Origin: Octopus sinensis
Lineage: Eukaryota
NCBI RefSeq assembly: GCF_006345805.1
Contig: NC_042999.1
Span: 40,920,001 to 40,984,000 of the forward strand
DNA length: 64,000 bases
Direction of reading: 5' to 3'
The notes beneath the pieces are model-generated. The model was not told the DNA's origin. It saw nothing but the letters and a program-made list of their open reading frames with translations, and did no database searches. This document shows, piece after piece, positions 13,219 to 26,333 of this stretch. Both the position numbers and the translations under genes were made by a program. Positions within the stretch are counted from its first letter, which is position 1; each line of letters begins with the position of its first letter.

Positions 13219-13469
13219 ATATTTTCATAGCTAGTAGTAGTAGTAGTAGTAGTAGTGTAGTAGTAGTAGTGTTGTTCCCGCTAACAGTGGTAAGGATTCA
13301 ATAAAGTCGTCCTGAAAAGATAGCTCGGTTCCTATCCGTTACCGTTTATAATATCGAAACAACAGCGTCGTTCATCGCTGCAAGTAACCCTCTCAAGAAT
13401 GCAAGTGTTCACCAATAACCAGCTTCATTGCCCTTCTTGTAGAGGAATGACTTTATTTCATATGTTTGC

Positions 13470-15110
13470 TGAATGTTTTTCTTAGCTCAATCTAGGACCG
13501 CAGCTCCGCGAACGAGACAAGCAAAATATTCTTCAGAAACCGTGACCACATTTGAGGAACACGTAAGAGTTTCTGCAGATTATGAAGCCCTGGTGCATAT
13601 CTGTGCATCAGCATCTACAATACAACCAGCTTTCTGTGTAAAGTTTTGGCAAGAGATGGACATTCTGACTAGGCACATAAAGCAAAACAGTAGACGCTCC
13701 AATTGGCTCAAAAGGATTGTAGAATAAGGCACGGCGATTGGTTATTAATATATAACATATACTGGTTGTTAATATATAATAATATATATCAACCTATGTT
13801 TGATGTGTCAAAGATAGCTTCCAACCAGGGCATATCTGGGCGAAGACTGGTGACCCTGCTCATAATATTACTCCAGGAACCAGGAACCAACACCTTAATT
13901 AAAATATCGATTCAATGGCGCTATCCCAGGCCCATTTCGATGCTTTTCCAGGGGCCAAATTGTCATCCTATAGATTTTACTTAGCTAATTACCATCCAAT
14001 ATTTCTTGTATCCGACTATGCCCTTACTGGAACAGGATATTTCATCATCACCCCCAGTTTTCGCAGCAGTAAAACGTACAAAAACGAAGACAGAGGATTT
14101 ATTTGACGGGCAAACGGTTCTGAAATAATTGACCAAATGTCGCTGTATAAAGCGATCCAGCCCTGAACACCAGACCGAAAATATCGTCGGGTAAAACACC
14201 CACCAGGTATCACATCAAGGTATCACAAAAGGCGGCGAGCTGGCAGAAACGTTAGCGCGCCGGGCGAAATACTTAGCGGTATTTCGTCTGCCGTTACGTT
14301 GTGAGTTCAAATTCAGCCGAGGTCGACTTTGCCTTTCATCCTTTCGGGGTCGATTAAATAAGTACCAGTTACGCACTGGAGTCGATATAATCGACTTAAT
14401 ACCTATGTCTGTCCTTGTTTGTCCCTTCTATGTTTAGCCCCTTGTGGGTAATAAAGAAATAGATATCACATCAAGTGCTTTATATTCATTTAAGTTCATC
14501 AGCGTCCTATCAACGCCAAGCCACGACCTGAGTTCTCTGTTTCGAATAAAGGGGATGTTGTGGATTGATTATCTTGCTATCATGGAAGTTCCTGTGTAAA
14601 TATCAACTCTATATAGAATAAATGCCAATTGTTTGGTACATATCCTTAACATTACATTCAGCAGAGTTATAAGGATGGTGATGTTTGCTACTATCGTTCT
14701 TCCCCAGCAGCAATACCACCGCTATTCTACAATTCACTCAACTGGAAATTCATCTAGTCTACAGCTAGTCCCAATGTAATATCTGCCAAGACACCTACGA
14801 ACAAATGGGTCATGCTACATTAAATTTATAATGAAGATCACCCGTCTTGGCGACTTACCACACGCACAGCTGGACAACGTTCATTACATCATTAACTGAA
14901 ATCGGATTTCCGCACTACGCTATCTCTTCCACAGTGATTAACATCAAGCTGTCGAGTTAGGCATCGAAGGCTACCATTTTCCCCTCTCCATCGGAACAGC
15001 TTAGTGAAATTCTGCTGAAAATCTCACATCTCCGACTAAAGACACTCGAAGATAGTATAGTGCTCGTTTACTAGATTCTTATTTGCCATCTGGACACGTC
15101 GAACAGCTTT
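13470..15110 (+). pseudogene. Degraded LINE ORF with RT and C-terminal restriction-like endonuclease (R2/NeSL/HERO-type), interrupted by a SINE
   Basis: In order on the + strand: HVRVSADYEALV (~13560, degenerate YADD), C-N-I-C-x8-H zinc knuckle (14775-14813), AVELGIEGY (14948-14974, cf. VEVG.RG) and AIWTRR (15085-15102). Many stops. Confidence 0.5.
14229..14461 (+). mobile_element. SINE family B full-length monomer with 12-bp TSD
   Basis: aaggcggcgagctggcagaaacg..gggtaataaagaaata, flanked by tatcacatcaag at 14208-14219 and 14464-14475. Confidence 0.9.
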
Positions 15111-15709
15111 AGTGCTACTATGCAGGAAAAAATACCGCAAAGCATCCTCCGTATTTAGCGTCACGTAACATTTTCATCGCTCCCACTTCGGCTCTGTGGT
15201 TTAGCTAACAGTCTCTTAATTTAATTTTTAATTCAACCCACCCCTAGCCTAATGCTACCCGCTGGTATTTCTTTTGCATAACTTTTTGATTCTACGCTAA
15301 TTTTCTTTTCCAAGTACATCTACCATTTGTTGTTTATAATTTGCCCCCGTCGGTTCTGCTAATGTAGCACATATCCTGTTTCTTGTGGGACTTCCACACC
15401 GTAAACGATGCGTAACATCTTTGTATTTGTCTCCAAATTATCTGTGGATGAAATGAGATAAATATATAGAAAATATATGAGTACGTGGACGAGCAGTCTA
15501 GTTAATACGGGAGGAAAATAAAGGACACCGCAGATCCAGGATCAAACTGAGCGCCATGTAGTGTATATTTGATCCAATTCTGGAACTCAAAAGAGGAAGC
15601 TTTGACTTTTATAGTATTATAATCATATAAAAAGAAAATTTGGCTTTGCTTTCGAAAATTTTGTTTTATGGACAATTGTACACCTCGCTCACTTATACAT
15701 ACATGCATG

Positions 15710-15772
<63 letters not shown>

Positions 15773-16145
15773 CAGGGTGTTCAAAAAGTCTCTCCGCATT
15801 GAATTTTTCGGTGAACGGATTATTTCGTAGGGATTTGGCCACCAAGATCACCTGATTTCGCCGCCAGTTTTTTTCTGGGGAGCAAGTAAGGGATCAGTGT
15901 ACAAGAATCCCCCAAAAACCATTAATGAGCTAAAAGACGTAATCATAACCTTCACACGTTCCATACCGCATCAGACTCTACAAGATGTGTAGAAGAGTCA
16001 ATTTATGTATTGGAAATGGAGGACGGCACTTTCACCACCTCTTATAAAGTCTTGTAAAGTCTAATATATTCTTTTGTAGTCTTATACCATCTTATAAATA
16101 TTTGTCCTGCAATACTTACTGCGGAGAGACTTTTTGAACACCCTG
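15773..16145 (+). mobile_element. Internally deleted Tc1/mariner transposon (transposase C-terminal remnant, DD41D/rosa-like)
   Basis: Perfect 26-bp TIRs cagggtgttcaaaaagtctctccgca (15773-15798; 16120-16145). Internal frameshifted peptides WPPRSPD..FFWG..YKNPPKTINELKDVI..GRHFHHLL*. Confidence 0.85.
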
Positions 16146-16178
16146 CACACACACCACACACACACACACGTATATATT

Positions 16179-16690
16179 ATAAGGGTAGAAAATTTAGAGA
16201 AATTTTCATACCGGTGGCCAGCATGCGTAATAATATTAATAGACAACATATTCTCATATAAAATAGTGTACAATTTAACGTATTTATACACAAAAGATGT
16301 GACCTTTAACAGGACACCTTACATGCTGAAAAGGGCAGTTAAAACCCAAACTACGAATAAGAGCAATTTCAAAGGGCATGAAAATAAATGTAATTTTTGT
16401 AGTTACCCTGAGATTCGGGTTTCTGCATCAGTGTGCAAATAAATTAATTTGCCATCCGTACTTCTTCAGTGAGGGTGCTAAAATTAATGCATATTTATGC
16501 AGCAAATAGCACTGAAGATACACGTGCTTCATACTTATACATTATAATTTTCAAATCCACCGCGCAAGCGCAGTTACATTCGGCAACAAATGATGATAAA
16601 AATATTAAAACTGCGTACCAAAGGGCTTCGAAACTATAAAAATTTTACTGTGAAAATAATAAGGGTAGAAAATTTAGAGAAATTTTCATA
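16179..16690 (-). mobile_element. Penelope-like non-autonomous element with 32-bp terminal direct repeat and hammerhead-like motif
   Basis: ataagggtagaaaatttagagaaattttcata occurs at 16179-16210 and 16659-16690 (period 480), with TA-rich flanks. Minus-strand accctca-CTGAAGA..GAAA..tcagggt at 16405-16476. Confidence 0.55.
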
Positions 16691-16899
16691 TATATATATA
16701 TATAACGACTTTTTCTCTTTTAATCTCTCCATTACTTTTCTTCTACACATTTCTAATTGATGAAGTACTAGCATCCGAAACGTTAAGAATTGCCGTTCAT
16801 TAAGCGTTGAGCAAATACATTTGTTACAATCTGCCCCTTTTACATTGTTTTCTGTTGTGTTATTTTGTGATCATTGCTTTCAGCACATATAGAGATTTT

Positions 16900-17303
16900 T
16901 ATCCTTTACTTGTTTCAGTCATTTGACTGCATATCGGAGCACCACCTTCAAGAGTTTTAATCGAAGAAATCAGCCCCAAGACTTATTCTTTCTAAGCCTA
17001 GTACTTGTTCTATGGGTCTCTTTTGCTGAACCGCTAAATTACAGGAACGTAAACACACCAGCATCGGTTGTCAAGCGATGTTGGGGGACAAACACAAGCA
17101 CACAATCATATACACAAACATATATACATAGATACATATATACGACGGGCTTCTTTCAGTTTCCATCTACCAAATCCACTCACAAGGCTTTGGTCGACCC
17201 AATACTATGCTAGAAGACACTTGCCCAAGGTGCCACGCAGTGGGACTGAACCCGGAACCATGTGGTTGGTAAGCAAGCTACTTACCACACAGCCATTCCT
17301 ACG

Positions 17304-17305
<2 letters not shown>
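16900..17305 (-). mobile_element. SINE family A copy (followed by a 5' half copy at ~17478-17635)
   Basis: Family consensus in reverse complement. Confidence 0.85.
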
Positions 17306-17354
<49 letters not shown>

Positions 17355-17966
17355 CGAAAAAAATGTTTTGAATGGTACAGCAATGCACTATGATACAAAC
17401 AATGGGCTATATAACTGTTGTAATTTAGTCATTCATATATATATATATATATATATATATAAACATATATATATGCACGACGGTCGTCTCTCAGTTTGCG
17501 TCTACTAAAGCCACTCACAAAGCTTTGGTCGGCCCAAAGCTATAGTAGAAGACACTTGCCCAAGGGGCCATGTAGTGGGACTGAATCCGGAACCATGTGG
17601 TTGGGAAGCAACCTTCTTACTACACAGCAACGCCTATCGCTTACCAAACATAGCCTCTCGCTGAATGGTATATTGTGCCAGTATGGTAGCTTGTACTCTA
17701 GCCTCGATGTTTACTAACAGTCTTTTGGGTGAAAATGGTCATGCTCGTCATGTGTGCGCGAGCATCATCAGTGTCGGCTTTTCCGTTTAGACCGTTTGGG
17801 GAAACGGTGCTCTGTTTACGCCCGGTAAATTAGTGACATAGGAAATAATTAAAAATGCCAAGCTGCTTCAAAGCCGTTTACACACACACACACGAGATTG
17901 AGAGATACACATTCATATCCACACAAACCTGCAATAAGTTACATTGATATGTACATAGAAAAGAAA

Positions 17967-18580
17967 ACGACGAGCTGGCAGAAACGTTAGCACGCCGGGC
18001 GAAATGCTTAGCGGTATTTCGTCTGCCGCTACGTTCTGAGTTCAAATTCTGCCGAGGTCGATTTTGCCTTTCATCCTTTCGGGGTCGATTAAATAAGTAC
18101 CAGTTACGCACTGGGGTCGATATAATTGACTTAATCTGTTTGTCTGCCCTTGTTTGTCCTCTCAGTGTTCAGCTCCTTGTTGGTAGTAAAGAAATAGGTA
18201 TTTCGTCTGTCTTTATGTTCTGAGTTCAAATTCCGCCGAGGTCGACTTTGCCTGTCATCCTTTCGGGGTCGATTAAATAAGTACCAGTTACGCACTGGGG
18301 TCGATTAATCGACTTAATCCGTTTGTCTGTTCTTGTTTGTCCCCTCTATGCTTAGCTCCTTGTGGGTAATAAAGAAATATGAAACGTTGGCACGTTGGGC
18401 GAAATGCTTAACGGCATTTCGTCTGTCTTTGTGTTCTGAGTTCAAATTCCGCCGAGCTCGACTTTGCCTTTCATCCCTTCGGGGTCGATAAATTAAGTAC
18501 CAGTTGCGTACCGGGGTCAATCTAATCAACTGGCCCCTTCCCCCAAAATCAAAATTTCGGGCCTTGTGCCTAGAGCAGAA
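17967..18580 (+). mobile_element. SINE family B trimer
   Basis: Three successive cores. Junctions are aaagaaata|ggtatttcg (~18197) and aaagaaatat|gaaacgttgg (~18381). Confidence 0.85.
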
Positions 18581-18981
18581 ACGATATGCACATCGAAAAG
18601 TTCAAACCAAGTCGTAAATCGGAGAGAGTACGACATAAGTAACGAAACAGACCTATCAAATGTCAAATTAAAGAGGTCCACTCGTCCAGTAAAACAGCAA
18701 ATAAATAAAAAGACGGGCGGTTATTTTGATGTGCGTTTTTATGAACATACGCACAGCTGCGTAGGTTTCCTTTAGGCTAAATATATGTCACCGTTTTCAC
18801 GTGTTTACTCTTTATGTCTGTCAGGTTGCCGGCTTGTCCGACCTTCTCTCCTTACATTTCCTCCGATCAGTCAGTCTTTCTTTTCGTTTGGGTTTTATAT
18901 CTTCCCTAAAGTCTACCCACTCCTCTTGTAATGTCTCTCTGTTTCTGCATCCATGTCACACTCTCTTTCAGTTTGTTTACA

Positions 18982-19426
18982 CTTTTACTCTTTTACTTGT
19001 TTCAGTCATTTGACTGCGGCCATGCTGGAGCACCGCATTTAGTCGAGCAAATCGACCCCGGGACTTATTCTTTGTAAGCTCAGTACTTATTCTATCGGTC
19101 TGTTTTGCCGAACCGCTAAGTAACGGGGACGTAAACACACCAGCATCGGTTGTCAAGCAATGCTAGGGGGACAAAGACAGACACACAAACATACACACAC
19201 ACACACACACCACACATATATATATATATATATAATATATATATATATATAAATACATATATACGACGGGCTTCTTTCAGTTTCCGTCTACCAAATCCAC
19301 TCACAAGGCATTGGTCGGCCCGGGGCTATAGCAGAAGACACTTGCCCAAGATGCCACGCAGTGGGACTGAACCCGGAGCCATGTGGTTGGTAAACAAGCT
19401 ACTTACCACACAGCCACTCCTGCGCC
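18982..19426 (-). mobile_element. SINE family A full-length copy
   Basis: Near-consensus copy from the (ttttactc)n tail to the cagccactcctgcgcc head; internal (CA)/(TA) tract. Confidence 0.9.
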
Positions 19427-19503
19427 TCTCTCACTATAGTAAAATGTTGTATCACTATATTGTTACAGTCCACATTTCTTACTTCACTCTTTCTTTCTTG
19501 CAA

Positions 19504-19925
19504 CATCATCATCATCATTTAACGTCCGCTTTCCATGCTAGCATGGGTTGGACGATTTGACTGAGGACTGGCGAACTAGATAGCTGCACCAGGCTCCAAT
19601 CGTGATCTGGCAGAGTTTCTACGGTTGGATGCCTTTCCTAACGCCAACCACTCCGAGAGTGTAGTGGGTGCTTTTACGTGCAACTGGCACGAGGGCCAGT
19701 CAGGCGGTACTGGCAACGGCCACGCTCAAATGATGTTTTTTTTACGTACCACCTGCACAGGAGCTAGTCCGGCGGCACTGGTAACGACCTCGCTCGAATG
19801 TTTTTTCACGTACCACCGGCACAAGTGCCAAAAATCGACGCTGGTAACGACCACGTTCGAATGGTGCTTGTTTACGTGCCACCGGTACGGAAGCCAGTTA
19901 GCTGCTTTGGCAACGATCACGCTGG
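19504..19925 (-). mobile_element. Retroposon with (GAT)n tail and internal ~60-bp imperfect tandem repeat
   Basis: (cat)n at the left end, then ggatgcctttcctaacgccaacc, then four copies of tttacgt.ccaccggcac..ctggtaacgaccacgct at ~19670-19925. Confidence 0.55.
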
Positions 19926-20719
19926 GATATATGCTGTTGTGCCTAGGGAGAGTCATTCTCTTTTAGTGCCTTATAATTTTACACACACACCAGTAAAATT
20001 TCCACTCATTTACTTATTTACTTTTCTATCTGTCTTTCTACCAGTCTATCTTTCTGTCTGTCTATCTATTTCTATCTATCTATCTGTCTATCTATCTTTC
20101 CATGTGGTGTGATGGTGCTGGGATGTGGGGGAGGCGAGAGTGAAGAAAGCAAGGGTGGGGTGTGTGTTAGGCTGAGGGTGGGGTATGTGGGTAAGTTGAG
20201 GGTGGGAGGTAGAGGTGGGTCATGTGGGAGTGGATGTAAGGGATGGGGCTGGGGTGGGTGGGACAGGGAAGGTGTGGTTGGATTGTGCGGGTGGGGTATG
20301 AATGTATGTATGTACGCATGTATATATATATATATATGTATGTATGTATGTATGCATGTATGTATGTATGTATGTATGTATATGTATGTATGTATGTATG
20401 TATAAACTCGACAGGTTTTATTCAGTTTCCAAAGCCACTAATCATTAAAGTTGGGTCCATAGTATAACAGACTTGACCAAGGTGTAACGCACTGAAAAAA
20501 AAAAAAAAAACAAAAACAAAAAATAACTACTTCAATACTTTGGAGTAGAGTGTATATATTTTCTAAACTTTTACAAATTTTTCAAGGAGGTGCCCTAGCA
20601 TGGCCGCCGTCTAATGACTGAAACATGCAAAAGAATGTGCGTGTGTGTGTGTGTGTTATTACAGTAACGTAACAGTGGAGAGAATTAGTACAGAGATAGT
20701 ACAGTAAACACCCTGGTGG

Positions 20720-20759
<40 letters not shown>

Positions 20760-21057
20760 GTCATAATACTGAAATGTGAAGAGGAGAAAATACGAAATAG
20801 CGGTGATATGAAAACTCCAGAAAACGTTATACTGGCTAGCAGGCTGTAACTTCGAAGTCACTGTAATAACACACACACACACGCACATTCTTTTGCATGT
20901 TTCAGTCATTAGACGGCGGCCATGCTAGGGCACCTCCTTGAAAAATTTTAGTCGAATGAATCAATTCCAGTTATCATTATTATTATTATTATTATATTAT
21001 TATTATTATTATTATTTTTTTTTTTTTTATTTTTTTATTTTTTTATTATTATTATTA

Positions 21058-21198
21058 TTAGGTTGTCCCAAAAGTTCGTAAACACTTACGAAAATTGAAT
21101 TTTTACTCGCCAAGTGCTAACAAAAACAACAAAAATTATTCCTCAAAATAAAGACCATTATTTTCCAAGACTTTCTACGAACTTTTGGGACAACCTTA
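21058..21198. mobile_element. Mariner-type MITE
   Basis: Perfect 21-bp TIRs aggttgtcccaaaagttcgta (21060-21080; 21176-21196) in a TA/ATT context, nested within a family A SINE. Confidence 0.85.
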
Positions 21199-21235
<37 letters not shown>

Positions 21236-21339
21236 TCAGTTTCTTCATGCCTGGTACTATACTGTTCTCTCTTGACGAACCGCTAAGTTATGGGGACACA
21301 TACGCAGCAGCACCAGTTGTCAAGGGGATATAGACTGAC

Positions 21340-22102
<763 letters not shown>

Positions 22103-24007
22103 CCGGCAGAGAAATCTATTCATTGTTAGCTCGGAAATGTAAGGAGTGAGAGTAAAACAGGCAGGCTGTTGCGGCAATTGACATCACATGGAATGACAAA
22201 GATGGTATATATAACAAAAGAGTGGTGGGGAAGTATAATGACGCTTGAAATATCACCAGGAAAAGTTGCATAGTGTCTGTATGACCTCGAATATTAAGAA
22301 TCAACCACAAACATATAGGCCAATGTCTTTAGACCATTTCATCCCCCGCCCGCCCGCCCGCCCTTTCTCATCCTTTACCATTTCACCATTCCGATCTCCA
22401 CCCACATGTCATAAAAAAGTACTCTTGCGTAGAACAGAATTTATTGTATAAACAACATTATAGCTGCTTTGTATTAATTTAATATTAACATCCTTAAAAT
22501 CAACATTAATGAAAACATGTCTTGTAAAAACATAATGTAAATAACGATAAAGAATTGTTTAATCTAAAAACAATTTCCTCGGTGGAGTTCCGAAATTTAT
22601 CCTTCAGGGGAAATTTTTTTTTTTTTCTCTCTTATTAATTAAGAATCGCAGATATAGACAACAAGAATAGGAACGGTAGTAACATCAACTATTACAATAA
22701 CAAGAGTGATGAGAAATGTTGAACATATATATAAACTAATGCTTGAAAACAAGCAAAACAATGAAGCAACGAAGTAACTGCGAATTAATGAAAAAGCTTC
22801 GAAGTGGTTACGTTATCTGCAAGAAATAGCAGTCAAATCTCCCTTAACTTACAAGCTGCTATCCTGACGGGAAACAACAACAACAACAACAACAAAAAAC
22901 GGTTGAGTGGGGGGAGATTTAACACGTGTCTTATGTTATAATCCCAGACAAGCAAGCAATTCCCGAGAGAAAAAAATGAACGGAAATGGGGTTCATAGCT
23001 GGAAGGCCTTTGGTCGTAAGTTCTGGTCTCTGCTTGATCAACGGTAACTAAGAATTAAAGAACAGAAATCAAGAACAAAAATATTAGAATCAGCAACAGG
23101 GAGCCGACGTGGGGAGACTAAATATGTGGTCGTTTGGATATTCGATAGAATAGCCGCAAAGTTCCCCTACCAAATTGTACCCGAAGATCCTTTCTTAATT
23201 TTTTTTCTCTGCAAAAAAAAAAAAAAAAAAAAAAGATATATTTGATAATATAACTATAGAATACACCGATGGCATTGTCGTGACTGGAACGCTTTTTTTT
23301 TTTCAAACGCAAAATTTCGGATTAGGCACTTTAATATATTCCATGTGAAAGGAAAAGGTTAGTTTTTTTTTGGTTTCTTTTTTTCATTTCTATTTAAACT
23401 TTTTCCTCTGTTTCATCCTACGAGAAAATCTGTTTTTAAACTTTCATTTTTTGTTTTGTTTTATATATATATATACTTATTTTCTAAAACATTTTTTGCA
23501 CTCCCCTACATCCTGTAACCTTTTCCCTTCCCATGAAAGGTAACGGGGAGGGGGGTGTCTAAAACACGAAACATGCCCGCTTTTCTTTATATAAGGTCTG
23601 CTCGATCAGAAGCTGTCCTGATATTAAAACAGCATCAATGAACCAATAACATTTAGAAACAAGTCACAACAATTCTACCGACAACAACAACAACAACTAC
23701 TACAACAAAACCAACAGATCCAACCAGAGCCTCCACTTCCAGTCACTCCAATTGCTAGATGGAAAAAAAAAAAGGAACCACATCCCATTTAAATCACACC
23801 CTACCGTCTTAAAAAAGAACACTGAATAATCGTAATCCGGGTTACAAAATCTCACTCAGTGCTTCTAAACAACAATAGCAAAACAAGGATTCATTCTAAG
23901 CAGCTGCCTGGGGTGCTAGACATAGCAGCAATGAGCAGCCACACCTTACCGTCTTAAATTAGGCAGGTCACAGCGGATATAATTTGTAATCCTAGACATG
24001 AAATAAC

Positions 24008-24418
24008 AGGTGCAGGAGTGGGCTGTGTGGTAAGTAGCTTGCTAACCAACCACATGGTTCCGGGTTCAGTCCCACTGCGTGGCATCTTGGGCAAGTGTCT
24101 TCTGCTATAGCCCCGGGCCGACCAATGCCTTGGTAGACGGATTTGGGAGACGGAAACTGAAAGAAGCCTGCCGTATATATATATATATGTGTGTGTGTTT
24201 GTCTGTGTTTGTTCCCCTAGCATTGCTTGACAACCGATGCTGGTGTGTTTACGTCCCCGTTACTTAGCGGTTCGGCAAAAAGAGACCGATAGAATAAGTA
24301 CTGGGCTTAAAAAAAAAAGAATAAGTCCCGGGGTCGACTTGCTCGACTAAAGGCGGTGCTCCAGCATGGCCGCAGTCAAATGACTGAAACAAGTAAAAGA
24401 GTAAAAGAGTAAAAGAGT
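24008..24418 (+). mobile_element. SINE family A full-length copy
   Basis: ggtgcaggagtgggctgtgtggtaagtagcttgc..ccgggttcagtccc (A/B-box-like) through to the (gtaaaaga)3 tail. Confidence 0.9.
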
Positions 24419-24644
24419 GTCCGAAAACAACACGGGATCATAAAGTCGACTGGATCAGGACCAACCTGGGGCTAAACAACGAAAGGGGGGAGAGAGAAAA
24501 AAAAAAGTCATATAGAAGACAACAACAAAAATATCCCCCGCTGTCAGCCTTCGACGTCACCATCGCCATGCAAGTTTGCTAACATCAACACGAACAGTAA
24601 CACCCAAATGTATCCTCTGTGAAAACTCTCGTTTAAGCCAATAC

Positions 24645-25175
24645 AAGCAGTAGCAGCAGCAGCCGCTAGTAGTAGTAGTAGTAGTGGTAGTAGTCATAGC
24701 AGCAACAGCAGCAGCAGCAGTAGTGGTAGTAGTAGTAGTATGTGGTGGAAGTGGGAGGGATATGTTGCTGCTGCTGCTGATAGCGGTGGTGATAATGATG
24801 TCGATGATAGTGGTGGTGATGCTGATGATGATGGTGTGGTGGAGCGAAGAAGCATATCGTTTCTTTTAACGCTGGCGCTGGCGAGGGTTATGGTGATGGT
24901 GATGCTGATGCTGCTGCTGATGATGATGAAAATGGTGGCGATGGGGGTTGTTAATGGTAATAATGATGGTGGTGATTGATAAAGATAGCTATGTGGATGA
25001 TGGTGGTGGTGGTGGTGGTGGTGGTAATGATAGCGATCATTGCAACGGTGATGGTGATGGTGATGGTGATGGTGGTGAAGGAAAGCAGAGATGAAGGAGA
25101 AGGATATCGTAAGCTGAAGATGATGATAGTAATGCTAATGCTGCTGTTGCTGCTGCTGATGATAATAATACGGCA
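24645..25175. repeat. Mixed trinucleotide low-complexity region (GTA/GCA/GGT/GAT)
   Basis: Alternating gta, gca, ggt and gat runs. Similar blocks occur at 25920-26450 and 26815-27030. Confidence 0.85.
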
Positions 25176-26283
25176 GTAGAAAGAATATCATTGTTTCTAC
25201 TGTTGGCCGGTAAAGCTGGTGATGGTAGAGATGGGGCTGCAGGCTGACTGACTAATTGGTTCAGATGTTCTCTTTTCCAATCTCAAGGTCTCGGGTTCGA
25301 TCCTACTTCAAGACATCTTAGGAAAGTTTTTTTTTGTTTTTTTTTTTTAATTATTATTATTATTTTGTCATAGCCTCGGATTAATCTCAGGCAGGCAGGT
25401 GAGAGAAATTGGGTGTACGGAAACTTCGTTGAAGCCTTTCCGTCTGATTATATCTCCCTAATTTCAACGGTTCGACCTCGACAGACAGAATGTCTCGCTG
25501 GTGCTACTTGGAAAAAAAAAACCGGTAAAGGTACATGTCTGAGGAATAATATTCTTTCCTTCTTTTGGCGCAAGGCCAGCAATTTTGAGGGCCGGGGAAA
25601 TCGATTATATCACCCTCCAGTGTTTTTAACTGGTACTTATTTTAATCGACTCCGAAAGGATGAAAAGCGAAAGTCGACCTCGGCGGAATTCAGAGGAATA
25701 TTAGAACCACTTTTCAGAGACTATAATATGTTACACATTGTACCAGTAATTAAAAAGGAGTCGACTACGTCGAACCTTGCGTCTCATTCTTTCAACGAGA
25801 AAATTATTGATACAGGGCACATACGTCCGAAATTATATTCAGTCACATACAAGTAGCTACGAGAGTTGATCGTATAACTGAATGCTCATCGTCGAAATCG
25901 ACGGTGGATCCACTGATGATAATAACAATGGTGGTGGTGGTGGTAGTGGAGCTCCTGGTAGTGTTGATGGTGATGGTTAAGTGGTGACGGAGGCAAAGAA
26001 TATTATGCCAGTAATGTTGGTGGCTAAGGTGATGGTTATGCTGATGGCGGAGACGACGGTGTATGACGTTGACAGAGACAGTGGAAATACTGTCAGCAGT
26101 CGGTGATGTCGGAGTAGGAGGGGGGGCATTTTGTCTGTGGCGACCGTGGCGGTGGAGGAGGTAGTGGTGACGGTTGTGGTGGTGGTGGTGGTGGTGGTAG
26201 TGGTGAACGATTCGAGAACGATTCTGGTGATGATAGGAACAAGCAGCGGAGATTTCGTTGCCTGTACTTTGCTGTTAATGTTT

Positions 26284-26333
26284 GTGCTGGCGGTGACCGT
26301 GGTGCTGGCGGTGACCGTGGTGCTGGCGGTGAC
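26284..26333. repeat. 18-bp tandem repeat (~2.8 copies)
   Basis: gtgctggcggtgaccgtg x2 plus gtgctggcggtgac. Confidence 0.85.

Noticed and set aside
19150-19560. Recurrent peptide RASFSFRLPNPLTR..RRHLPKMPRSGTEPGTMWLVSK in many ORFs
   Set aside because: It is the antisense translation of SINE family A, not a gene family.
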